In this document: one piece after another, positions 55,514-64,000 of the stretch
Layout: each line of letters opens with the position of its first letter
Position numbering within the stretch: position 1 is the first letter of the stretch
Assembly (NCBI GenBank): GCA_045661145.1
Contig: JAZRFC010000087.1
Location: 4,431 to 68,430, forward strand
DNA length: 64,000 bases
Reading direction: 5' to 3'
Source: Clostridia bacterium
GTDB taxonomy: Bacteria; Bacillota; Clostridia; UMGS1883
Notes under the pieces: model-generated
Told to the model about the DNA's origin: nothing
Seen by the model: the letters and a program-made list of their open reading frames with translations, nothing else
The model's database searches: none
Position numbers and translations under genes: made by a program

Positions 55514-55540
55514 TAAAAAAGGAGATTACAAAATGAAAAA

Positions 55541-55572
55541 AGCGTAACCTTTGCATTAAAGGTTACGCTTTC
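55541..55572 (+). terminator. Rho-independent terminator after ade
   Basis: AGCGTAACCTT-tgcatta-AAGGTTACGCT followed by TTCT. Confidence 0.7.
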
Positions 55573-55649
55573 TGACTTAGTTGGTATGTAAATCCGTATT
55601 TTGTTCTTAAAAAATAAACATATATTATAAAGGAAATTGTAGATAATCA

Positions 55650-55678
55650 TTGATTTTTGAAATTATCTATGGTACAAT
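55650..55678 (+). promoter_or_regulatory. sigma-A promoter with extended -10 for the hydrogenase cluster
   Basis: TTGATT (55650-55655), a 17-nt spacer, then TGgTACAAT (-10 hexamer at 55673-55678). Confidence 0.45.
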
Positions 55679-55749
55679 GAAAATTACAATCAGGGGTATT
55701 TTGGATATTTGTAAAATTATCCTCTGTATATGAAAGGATTGATTATAAA

Positions 55750-55989
55750 ATGAAAGTAACAATTTGTATCGGTAGTTCATGTCATATCAAGGGTTCACGT
55801 CAGGTTGTTGAGAAGCTTCAGGAGCTTATAAATGAAAACAATCTCGGTGATAAAGTAGAGCTTGGCGGTACTTTTTGTCTTGGAAAATGTCAGCAGGGCG
55901 TATGCGTAACTGTTGATGAAGAATTCCATTCAGTTACCCCTGAAAATGTTAATGAGTTTTTCAAGAATGAGATAGCAGCAAAGGTGTGA
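55750..55989 (+). CDS. Thioredoxin-like [2Fe-2S] ferredoxin (NuoE/HydC-like), copy 1
   Basis: 79 aa. C-x4-C (CIGSSC) and C-x3-C (CLGKC) ligand pattern. Confidence 0.7.
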   Translation: MKVTICIGSSCHIKGSRQVVEKLQELINENNLGDKVELGGTFCLGKCQQGVCVTVDEEFHSVTPENVNEFFKNEIAAKV

Positions 55990-55993
55990 GGTT

Positions 55994-56254
55994 ATGCTAA
56001 TTCAGATATGCGTAGGCAGTTCATGTCATATAAAAGGTTCTCCTGAAATAGTAGAGTTACTTACCAAAGCGGTTGAGGAAAATAATCTGCAGGATGAAGT
56101 TACTCTTGCCGGAAGCTTTTGTATTGGTGAATGTAATCGTCTTGGAGTCACCATTCAGGTGGACCATGTAGTGCATACGGGAATTAATCGTGATAATTTC
56201 AGAGAATTTTTTCAGGAGAAAGTATTGTCAGTGATTAAAAATGAAAGGGAGTGA
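55994..56254 (+). CDS. Thioredoxin-like [2Fe-2S] ferredoxin (NuoE/HydC-like), copy 2
   Basis: 86 aa paralogue of the preceding gene (CVGSSC ... CIGEC). Confidence 0.7.
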   Translation: MLIQICVGSSCHIKGSPEIVELLTKAVEENNLQDEVTLAGSFCIGECNRLGVTIQVDHVVHTGINRDNFREFFQEKVLSVIKNERE

Positions 56255-56259
56255 CGAGT

Positions 56260-57939
56260 ATGCCAAATTGTTTAACTTTAAAAAAATCAAACTGCAAAAA
56301 CTGTTACAAATGTATTCGTCATTGTCCTGTTAAATCAATCCGATTTTCGGGAAATCAGGCACATATTATTGGAAATGAGTGTATTCTGTGCGGACAGTGC
56401 TTTGTTGTATGTCCTCAGAATGCAAAGCAGATTGTTGATGAAACCGAAAAAGCAAAGGTTTTATTGCAAGGCGGTGAGCCGGTTATTGTAAGCATGGCCC
56501 CGTCTTTTGTTGCGAATTACGACGGTGTTGGAATAGGTGCTATGAGAGAGGCTCTCAAAAAACTTGGCTTTTACGATGTCGAAGAAACAGCAATCGGTGC
56601 AACAATCGTTAAAAAAGAGTATGAGAGAATGCTTCGTGAAGAAGAAAGGGATATAGTAATTTCTTCGTGCTGTCATTCCATTAACCTTCTTATACAGAAA
56701 TATTTCCCTGCAGCACTTGAATATCTTGCAGATGTTGTTTCTCCAATGCAGGCACATTGTCAGGACATAAAGAAAAGATATCCTAACGCAAAGACGGTGT
56801 TTGTCGGCCCTTGTGTAGCAAAAAAGGATGAGGCTGAACATTACGAGGGTATTGTTGATGCAGTATTGACTTTTGAAGAACTGTCAAATTGGCTCAAGGA
56901 AGAAAATATCGAACTTAAACAGGAAATGGATTCCGATGAAGAGAGCCGTGCAAGATTCTTCCCTACAACAGGTGGAATTTTGAAAACAATGGTGCAGGAT
57001 GCCCCGGGATATAACTATATTGCCCTTGACGGAGTGCAGAATTGTATCGATGCCCTCGAGGATATAAAAAACGGAAAAATACACAAGTGCTTTATTGAAA
57101 TGTCCGCATGTGTAGGAAGCTGTATCGGTGGCCCTGTTATGCAAAAATATCACAGAACAGCCCCTGTTAAAGATTATATAACGATTGCTAATTACGCAGG
57201 AAAAGATGATTTTAAGGTTTCAGAGCCAAAGTCTGTTGAACTTAAAAAACAGTTTGAATATATCGAGCATAAGCTCCCCATGCCCAGCGAAACAGAAATC
57301 TTTGCTGTTTTAAGAGAAATGGGTAAATTCAAGCCATCTGATGAACTCAATTGCGGTTCTTGCGGATACAATACCTGCCGTGAAAAGGCTATTGCTATTT
57401 GTCAGGGCAAGGCGGAAATTTCTATGTGCTTACCTTTCTTAAAGGATAAGGCAGAAAGTTTTTCTGATACTATTGTAAAAAATACTCCTAACGCTCTTAT
57501 TGCACTTAATGAGAAATTAGAAGTACAACAGATAAATGAATCCGCCCGCAGAATGATGAATATTCGTTCAAGCTCGGACGTTCTCGGAGAAAGTGTAATA
57601 AGGATTCTTGACCCTACGCTTTTTGCAGAGGTTTTGAGAACAGGTAAGGATATTCGCGGAGAAAGAGTATATCTTGCAGAATATAGACGATATGTTGAGC
57701 AGTCCGTAGTGTACGATAAAGAATCACGTCTTTTAGTCGGAATTATGCGTGATGTTACCGATGAGGAAACAGAGCGCGAAAAGAAAGAAAAAATCAGCCG
57801 ACAGACTATAGAGGTTGCAGATAAGGTTGTAGACAAGCAGATGAGAATTGTTCAGGAAATTGCATCACTTCTTGGTGAAACTGCCGCAGAAACCAAAATT
57901 GCACTTGCTAAGCTAAAGGAGTCGATACAGAATGAATGA
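56260..57939 (+). CDS. hydS: Sensory-type [FeFe]-hydrogenase (HydS-like, group C) with N-terminal 4Fe-4S domain and C-terminal PAS domain
   Basis: Two CxxCxxCxxxCP motifs. H-cluster-like motifs with deviations (SSCCHS; GPCVAKKDE; EMSACVGSCIGGP). An additional CGSCGYNTC cluster. C-terminal PAS-like segment. Confidence 0.75.
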   Translation: MPNCLTLKKSNCKNCYKCIRHCPVKSIRFSGNQAHIIGNECILCGQCFVVCPQNAKQIVDETEKAKVLLQGGEPVIVSMAPSFVANYDGVGIGAMREALKKLGFYDVEETAIGATIVKKEYERMLREEERDIVISSCCHSINLLIQKYFPAALEYLADVVSPMQAHCQDIKKRYPNAKTVFVGPCVAKKDEAEHYEGIVDAVLTFEELSNWLKEENIELKQEMDSDEESRARFFPTTGGILKTMVQDAPGYNYIALDGVQNCIDALEDIKNGKIHKCFIEMSACVGSCIGGPVMQKYHRTAPVKDYITIANYAGKDDFKVSEPKSVELKKQFEYIEHKLPMPSETEIFAVLREMGKFKPSDELNCGSCGYNTCREKAIAICQGKAEISMCLPFLKDKAESFSDTIVKNTPNALIALNEKLEVQQINESARRMMNIRSSSDVLGESVIRILDPTLFAEVLRTGKDIRGERVYLAEYRRYVEQSVVYDKESRLLVGIMRDVTDEETEREKKEKISRQTIEVADKVVDKQMRIVQEIASLLGETAAETKIALAKLKESIQNE

Positions 57940-59104
57940 TTTATGTGCAGATATCGGCTGGAAAAGTATTAACCATTATGGCGAGCAACTTTGCGGTGAC
58001 CATGTGGATATTGTCGAACAAAGCGAGAATTCAACAGTAATCGTTCTTGCTGATGGACTCGGAAGCGGTGTAAAGGCGAGCATACTGTCTACGCTTACCT
58101 CCAAGATTATTTCCACTATGATGGCGGAGGGGCTGCCTATTGAGGAATGTGTGGAAACTATTGCCGCAACACTTCCCGTGTGCTCTGTAAGAGGAGTTGC
58201 GTATTCCACATTTACAATTATGCAGATTATCGATAATGAAACTGTTGAGATTATTCAGTATGATAATCCCCAGGTAATTGTTTTGAGGGATAACAAAAAT
58301 TACGATTATCCAAAGACCGAAATGAACATCGGCGGAAAAAAGATATTTAAAAGTGAAATTCATATACAGGAAAATGATATTTTTATCGCTATGAGTGACG
58401 GTTGCCCTCATGCCGGAATCGGTATGGCATACAATTTCGGCTGGAAAAGGGAAGATATTATTGATTTCATGGAAACTATGTCAGTGTCCGGTCTGACGGC
58501 GAAAAACCTGTCTACGCTCTTAGTTGATGAATGTGATAAGCTTTACGGACAGAAGCCCGGTGACGATGCAACTGCTTGTATCGTAAAAATAAGGAAAAGA
58601 GAGCCGATGAATATTCTCTTCGGTCCTCCCTCAAACCGTGATGACTGTGACAGAATGATGTCCCTTTTCTTCTCAAAAGAAGGCAAGCATATCATCTGCG
58701 GAGGAACCACTTCCTCCATAGCGGCAAAATATCTGAAAAAGCCCCTCAGGGCAAGCCTTAATTTTGAAAAATCGGATATACCGCCTATTGCACAGCTTGA
58801 GGGTGTTGACCTTGTTACAGAGGGTGTTATAACAGTAAACAGAGTTTTGGAATATGCAAAGGATTACTTGGGCGAAAACGAAATGTATGAGCATTGGAAC
58901 TTTAAGCGTGACGGTGCATCGCTCATTTGTCAGCTTCTTTTTGAAGAGGCGACGGACATTAATTTCTACGTAGGTCGGGCGATAAATCCTGCACATCAGA
59001 ACCCTGATTTGCCCATAAATTTCAGCATTAAAATGAATCTTGTAGAAGAGCTTTCGAAATGTCTTAAGAAAATGGGTAAAAGAATCAAAGTAAGTTATTT
59101 TTAA
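57932..59104 (+). CDS. SpoIIE/PP2C-family serine phosphatase
   Basis: GDHVDIVEQSENSTVIVLADGLGSGVKASILS and DDATACIVKI PP2C-type metal-binding blocks. 8-nt overlap with hydS-like gene. Confidence 0.75.
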   Translation: MNDLCADIGWKSINHYGEQLCGDHVDIVEQSENSTVIVLADGLGSGVKASILSTLTSKIISTMMAEGLPIEECVETIAATLPVCSVRGVAYSTFTIMQIIDNETVEIIQYDNPQVIVLRDNKNYDYPKTEMNIGGKKIFKSEIHIQENDIFIAMSDGCPHAGIGMAYNFGWKREDIIDFMETMSVSGLTAKNLSTLLVDECDKLYGQKPGDDATACIVKIRKREPMNILFGPPSNRDDCDRMMSLFFSKEGKHIICGGTTSSIAAKYLKKPLRASLNFEKSDIPPIAQLEGVDLVTEGVITVNRVLEYAKDYLGENEMYEHWNFKRDGASLICQLLFEEATDINFYVGRAINPAHQNPDLPINFSIKMNLVEELSKCLKKMGKRIKVSYF

Positions 59105-59116
59105 GGAGAGTGAAAT

Positions 59117-60538
59117 ATGAGAAAGTTTGATACAAAAGTACAGCATTTAAAGTACAAAGTGCTCAGAGAGGTTGCGCGCTTTGCGTGGAACGATACTCTT
59201 CTTGAAAATGTATTGAAGATACCTGAAATGATTGTTCCGGGGAAAACCTCTACCATGCGTTGTTGTGTGTACAAGGAAAGAGCAATTTTAGAGGAAAGAA
59301 TTAAAATTGTTATGGGCGGAGACAAGGAAAATCCCAACGTGATTGAAGTTATCGACATTGCATGTGATGAATGCCCGTCTGCAGGATATGTTGTAACAGA
59401 ATCCTGCCGTGGCTGTCTTGCCCACAGATGTGAAGATGTCTGCAAAAAAGGTGCTATTACTTTTGACTCCAACCACGTGGCGCATATTGATAAATCAAAA
59501 TGTGTTGAGTGCGGTCAGTGTGCAAAAGTTTGTCCTTTCTCTGCAATTGTAAATCGTAAAAGACCTTGTCAGAATGCTTGTAAAATAAAGGCTATTTCCA
59601 TTAACGAGGACAATGCAGCAGCAATTGACAACAGTAAATGTACCGGCTGCGGTGCTTGTGTATATCAGTGTCCGTTTGGTGCGAATATGGATAAGTCGTA
59701 TATTTTGGATGCCATTGAGCTTATAAAAAACAGTAACGGAAATAAAAATTACAAAGTCTATGTAATGGTTGCACCATCTATTTCAAGTCAATTTACCTAT
59801 GCAAAACTCGGTCAGGTTATTAAGGGCTTAAAAGAACTCGGCTTTTACACAGTAATTGAAGCGGCTCTGGGTGCAGATATGGTGGCTCAGGCTGAATCGA
59901 AAGAGCTTAGTGAAAAAGGCTTCTTAACAAGCTCCTGCTGTCCTGCATTTGTGTCATATGTGAAAACAGCATTTCCTGATTTGGTACAGTATATTTCACA
60001 TAATCTGTCACCCATGGCTACGCTTGCAAAATATATAAAGGATACCGACCCGGGGTCAAAGGTTGTGTTTATTGGTCCCTGTACTGCAAAAAAAGCAGAG
60101 GCACAGCTTGAGGAAGTAAAGCCTTATGTAGATGCCGTTCTTACCTTTGAGGAACTTCAGGCACTTTACGACAGTAAGGATCTTGATATTACAACTCTTG
60201 ATGAGGATGTTTTGGATAACGCATCTTATTTCGGAAGAATCTTTGCCCGTTCAGGCGGACTTTCCGATGCGGTTAAGCAAGGCTTACAGGAACAGAATAT
60301 TGATTTTGACCTTAAGGCAATTGCTTGTGACGGCATTGAAGAATGCAGAATGGCACTCCTTAAAAAGAGCAAAAATGTTCTGGATGCAAACTTTATTGAG
60401 GGTATGGCTTGTGTCGGCGGTTGTATCGGCGGTGCAGGTTGCTTAACCCACGGTGAAAAGAATAAGGCTGAAGTTGATAAGTATGGTCGGGAGGCCTATG
60501 AGAAGACTATCAGCGATGCGGTATCTGTTTTAAAATAA
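59117..60538 (+). CDS. [FeFe]-hydrogenase catalytic subunit (group B-like, ferredoxin-dependent HydA2-type)
   Basis: Multiple 4Fe-4S motifs. Canonical H-cluster motifs TSSCCPAF, GPCTAKKAE, EGMACVGGCIGG. Confidence 0.85.
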   Translation: MRKFDTKVQHLKYKVLREVARFAWNDTLLENVLKIPEMIVPGKTSTMRCCVYKERAILEERIKIVMGGDKENPNVIEVIDIACDECPSAGYVVTESCRGCLAHRCEDVCKKGAITFDSNHVAHIDKSKCVECGQCAKVCPFSAIVNRKRPCQNACKIKAISINEDNAAAIDNSKCTGCGACVYQCPFGANMDKSYILDAIELIKNSNGNKNYKVYVMVAPSISSQFTYAKLGQVIKGLKELGFYTVIEAALGADMVAQAESKELSEKGFLTSSCCPAFVSYVKTAFPDLVQYISHNLSPMATLAKYIKDTDPGSKVVFIGPCTAKKAEAQLEEVKPYVDAVLTFEELQALYDSKDLDITTLDEDVLDNASYFGRIFARSGGLSDAVKQGLQEQNIDFDLKAIACDGIEECRMALLKKSKNVLDANFIEGMACVGGCIGGAGCLTHGEKNKAEVDKYGREAYEKTISDAVSVLK

Positions 60539-60640
60539 TTAACAAATACCAGGCAGAAGTGTAAAAAAGCACCTCTGCGCCCAATATCAGTATTAAATTA
60601 GCGATATAAATTATAAATATTCAAAAAGTGAGGATTAATT

Positions 60641-61582
60641 ATGAACAAAATTACGGTAATCGGTTCGGGTAATGTAGGTTCCACCATAGCATACACACTT
60701 ACTATTATGGGACTTTCATCAGAAATTGTTATGATTGATGTTAACGAGGAAAAATCTCTCGGTGAAGCACTCGACATCAGACAGGGTGTACCTTTCTGCA
60801 ATCCTGCAACTATCTATGCAGGAACATATGAAGATGCAAGAGGCTCTGAAATTGTTGTCATCACATCAGGTATGGCAAGAAAACCCGGTATGTCAAGACT
60901 CGACCTTGCACAGACCAATGTTGATATTATAAAGAGCATTGCAGATAAAATTGTTCCCGTTGCTCCCGATGCTACATATGTTATTGTAAGCAACCCCGTT
61001 GATATTTTAACATATGTATTTTTGAAGCACACAGGACTTCCTCAGGAGAGGGTTATAGGTTCAGGTACAATTCTTGACACAGCAAGACTTCGTTCAAGAA
61101 TTTCCGAATACTATTCAGTAAACCAGAAGAATGTGCATGCTTATGTACTTGGCGAACATGGTGACAGTTCTTTTGTTCCGTGGTCAATTGCAAATATTTC
61201 GAACGTGCCGATTGAAAGCTACAGAAATGCAGTTCTGACCGGCGTTGATTATCCTGAATTTAAGAAAGACGAAGTTGAAAATTATATGCGTAAATCAGGT
61301 GCAAGAGTTATTCAGCGAAAGGGTGCAACATTCTACGCAGTTTCAATGTCTGTATGCCATGTGTGTAAGTGCCTTTTAAGCGGAATTGATACAACTCTTA
61401 CCGTATCAACACTTTTATACGGTGAATACGGTATCGATGATGTGTGCTTAAGCCTTTTAAATGTTGTGGGAAATAAGGGTGCTCACAGTAAGATTATGCT
61501 TCCTCTTAACGATGAAGAAATTGCAGCACTCCACAACAGTGCAAATGTTCTTAAAGATTTGATAAAAGGTCTTAATATATAA
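60641..61582 (+). CDS. L-lactate/malate dehydrogenase family enzyme; sequence suggests an LDH-like malate dehydrogenase
   Basis: GSGNVGST Rossmann motif and GEHGDS. The specificity loop reads GMARKPGMSRLDL, with Arg where LDHs have Gln-102. This matches the MDH motif IARKPGMSR. Confidence 0.8.
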   Translation: MNKITVIGSGNVGSTIAYTLTIMGLSSEIVMIDVNEEKSLGEALDIRQGVPFCNPATIYAGTYEDARGSEIVVITSGMARKPGMSRLDLAQTNVDIIKSIADKIVPVAPDATYVIVSNPVDILTYVFLKHTGLPQERVIGSGTILDTARLRSRISEYYSVNQKNVHAYVLGEHGDSSFVPWSIANISNVPIESYRNAVLTGVDYPEFKKDEVENYMRKSGARVIQRKGATFYAVSMSVCHVCKCLLSGIDTTLTVSTLLYGEYGIDDVCLSLLNVVGNKGAHSKIMLPLNDEEIAALHNSANVLKDLIKGLNI

Positions 61583-61593
61583 AACGGAAAGGA

Positions 61594-62979
61594 ATGGAAA
61601 AAATGGAATTTCGTATTGAACACGATTCTATGGGCGAAGTAAAGGTTCCTGCTGACAAGCTTTGGGCTGCCCAGACACAAAGAAGTCATGAAAACTTTGA
61701 AATTGGTGTAGGCATTGAAACAATGCCTGCGGAGATTATACACGCATTTGGTGTGCTTAAGAAAGCAGCAGCTATCACCAACAATATTCTGCGTCCTGAA
61801 AAAATGACAAACGAGAAGCTTCAGGCAATTAAGGCTGCTTGTGATGAAATTATGGACGGAAAGCTTAATGACAATTTCCCCCTTGTTGTATGGCAGACAG
61901 GCTCTGGCACACAGTCAAATATGAATACCAACGAGGTAATCGCAAACAGGGGAAATCAGATTTTAGGTCAGAAATTGCTTCATCCTAACGATGATGCTAA
62001 TATGAGTCAGTCCTCAAACGATACATTCCCCACAGCTATGCATATTGCCGCTGTGCTCATTTTGGAGGATAAGCTTATTCCTGCTGTTTCCGAATTGGTG
62101 GAAACTTTCAAGAGACTTGAAAAAGAAAACGAGGGCATCGTAAAGAGCGGCAGAACACATCTTCAGGATGCAACTCCCATCACATTCAGTCAGGAAATCA
62201 GCGGATGGCGTTCAAGTCTTGAAAAAGACATTGAACTTATAAAGCGTTCAATAGAGCCTCTTTATGAGCTTGCTCTCGGCGGTACAGCCGTTGGTACAGG
62301 TCTTAATGCTCCCGCTTCCTTTGGCGAAACTGTTGCAAAAGAAGTAGGTAACATCACAGGAAAGCCCTTCGTTACTGCAGCAAACAAGTTCCACGCTCTT
62401 ACATCAAAGGATGAGTTTGTATTTGCACACGGTGCAATCAAGGCACTTGCCGCAGATATGATGAAGATTGCAAACGACGTTCGTTGGCTTGCATCAGGAC
62501 CCAGAGACGGTCTTGGCGAAATCTTTATTCCCGAGAATGAGCCCGGTTCTTCCATTATGCCAGGTAAGGTAAACCCCACACAGTGTGAAGCGGTAACAAT
62601 GGTTGCAGTTCAGGTAATGGGTAATGATGTTGCAGTTGGTATGGCGGCATCTCAGTGTAACTTCGAGCTTAATGTATTTATGCCCGTATGTGCTTATAAT
62701 TTCCTGCAGTCTGCAAGACTTATGGCTGAAGCAATCCGTTCTTTCAATAAAAATTGTGCAGTTGGTATCAAGGCTAATAAGGAAAAGATGCATCACAATC
62801 TTCACAATTCTCTGATGCTTGTTACTGCACTTAATCCCTATATCGGATACGAAAATGCGGCTAAAACTGCCAAAAAGGCATTTAAAGATAATATATCACT
62901 TAAGGAAGCTTGTGTTGAGCTTGGGTTCTTGACTGCTGAAAAGTTTGACGAAGTATTCCATCCGGAAGAAATGGTTTAA
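61594..62979 (+). CDS. fumC: Class II fumarate hydratase
   Basis: GSSIMPGKVNPTQCE signature. 461 aa (start may be ATG 61603). Confidence 0.95.
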   Translation: MEKMEFRIEHDSMGEVKVPADKLWAAQTQRSHENFEIGVGIETMPAEIIHAFGVLKKAAAITNNILRPEKMTNEKLQAIKAACDEIMDGKLNDNFPLVVWQTGSGTQSNMNTNEVIANRGNQILGQKLLHPNDDANMSQSSNDTFPTAMHIAAVLILEDKLIPAVSELVETFKRLEKENEGIVKSGRTHLQDATPITFSQEISGWRSSLEKDIELIKRSIEPLYELALGGTAVGTGLNAPASFGETVAKEVGNITGKPFVTAANKFHALTSKDEFVFAHGAIKALAADMMKIANDVRWLASGPRDGLGEIFIPENEPGSSIMPGKVNPTQCEAVTMVAVQVMGNDVAVGMAASQCNFELNVFMPVCAYNFLQSARLMAEAIRSFNKNCAVGIKANKEKMHHNLHNSLMLVTALNPYIGYENAAKTAKKAFKDNISLKEACVELGFLTAEKFDEVFHPEEMV

Positions 62980-62997
62980 TAATCTGGAGGTATAAAA

Positions 62998-63789
62998 ATG
63001 AAGGTTAGTTATTTTCCGGGATGTACCCTGAAAAACAAAGCCAAAGACCTTGATTTGTATGCGTACAAATCGGCTGAAGCTTTAGGGGTTACTCTCGAAG
63101 AAATTGAAAATTGGCAATGCTGCGGCGGTGTATTTACTACGGCGAAAAATGAGGTTGCAACAAAGCTTTCTTCTGTTCGCGCGCTGAAAGAGGCTTCTTC
63201 AAAAGAACAGCCTTTAGTTACAGTATGCTCAGCTTGCCACAATGTTATTAAACAAACAAATCACGCTATGCAGAATAATAAGGAATTTGCCGACAAGGCA
63301 AACCGCTATATGGCAGAGGATGGGGGATACTTCGGCGAAGCTGAGGTTTATCACTATCTTGAAATGCTTCGCGATTTAGTTGGCTTTGACACTTTAAAGG
63401 AAAAGGTTGTAACCCCTCTTAAAGGCAAGAAAATAGCGGCTTATTACGGCTGCCTGCTTTTAAGACCGAGCAGCGTTATGAAGATGGACGACCCCGAAAA
63501 TCCAAGCATTATGGAGGATTTCATAAAAGCTCTGGGGGCAGAACCGGTTATCTATGCAAAGCGTAACGAGTGCTGCGGTGGGTATGTAAGCGTTGAAAGT
63601 CCTGAGCTTGCAAAAAAAAGCAGTAATTCTGTTTCACAGAATGCCAAAGCTCTGGGGGCAGAAATGATTATTACAGCTTGTCCTCTTTGCAAATATAATC
63701 TTGTGAAAAACGGTGCCGATATTCCGGTTGTTTATTTCACCGAGCTTTTGGCAGAGGCACTTGGAGTAAAGGAGGATACAAATGAATAA
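62998..63789 (+). CDS. HdrB/SdhE/TfrB-like protein with two CCG domains
   Basis: Two Cys-rich CCG repeats: FPGC...WQCCGG...CSAC and YYGC...NECCGGY...CPLC. Confidence 0.75.
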   Translation: MKVSYFPGCTLKNKAKDLDLYAYKSAEALGVTLEEIENWQCCGGVFTTAKNEVATKLSSVRALKEASSKEQPLVTVCSACHNVIKQTNHAMQNNKEFADKANRYMAEDGGYFGEAEVYHYLEMLRDLVGFDTLKEKVVTPLKGKKIAAYYGCLLLRPSSVMKMDDPENPSIMEDFIKALGAEPVIYAKRNECCGGYVSVESPELAKKSSNSVSQNAKALGAEMIITACPLCKYNLVKNGADIPVVYFTELLAEALGVKEDTNE

Positions 63790-64000
63790 TAAGTATCTTC
63801 GCGAGGAGATAATCCGTGAAAGCGGAGTAAATCCAAAAAAATGTATGAAATGCGGTAAATGCTCTGCAACCTGCCCCGCTTATGATGAGATGGAGTATCA
63901 TCCCCATCAGTTTGTAAGTATGGTTGAATCAGGGGATATTGAACCGCTTCTCAAATCAGAAACACTCTATAAGTGTTTATCTTGTTTCGCATGTGTTGAC
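63782..64000 (+). CDS. HdrC-like 4Fe-4S dicluster protein (3' end outside the window)
   Basis: ATG 63782 overlaps the upstream stop. CMKCGKCSATCP and CLSCFAC motifs. The frame is open to the window end. Confidence 0.65.
   Translation, partial: MNNKYLREEIIRESGVNPKKCMKCGKCSATCPAYDEMEYHPHQFVSMVESGDIEPLLKSETLYKCLSCFACVD

Overview
This 64 kb window looks like chromosome from an endospore-forming Firmicute of Clostridia type, since spo0A, spoIVB, spoVB-like and pdaA-like genes are all present. Its sensory plus catalytic [FeFe]-hydrogenase cluster resembles the HydS/HydA2 arrangement known from Ruminococcus. Most of the window is housekeeping: a partial nnr, mazEF, asnA, an EF-G paralogue, pgk-tpiA-gpmI, murI, argS, an S41 protease, mecA, serA-serC, spo0A followed by two half-size TSUP genes, pdaA-like, secDF, yajC, an MBOAT/DHHW/DUF4358/SLH-SGNH envelope O-acylation cluster, cls, tmcAL, pta-ackA, yceD-rpmF, ade, the hydrogenase cluster, and an MDH-like/fumC/HdrBC-like set at the 3' edge. 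The outstanding region is an AT-rich island of about 9.9 kb (about 43.85-53.7 kb) lying immediately 3' of a tRNA-Arg(CCT). It carries a large-serine-recombinase module and two adjacent putative anti-phage modules. Module (i) is a tightly coupled operon of XRE, a PD-(D/E)xK-like (sce7726-like) protein, a Beta-protein/sce7725-like protein and a Zn-ribbon-RES protein; I do not recognise this architecture as a described defence system. Module (ii) is Pycsar-like: a class III nucleotide cyclase fused to a degenerate Nudix-like domain, plus a small 3-TM PycTM-like effector, preceded by an ImmA/IrrE metalloprotease and an unknown 99-107 aa protein. This second module is bracketed by a 34-nt direct repeat. 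Between the two modules is a roughly 700-nt non-coding stretch with three clusters of 12-nt-period tandem repeats. Other structure includes a MITE-like nested inverted-repeat element with a related copy elsewhere, and a 16-bp perfect inverted repeat over the spo0A promoter. All functional calls come from motif recognition by eye in the supplied translations. No database search was run, and family accessions are quoted from memory.
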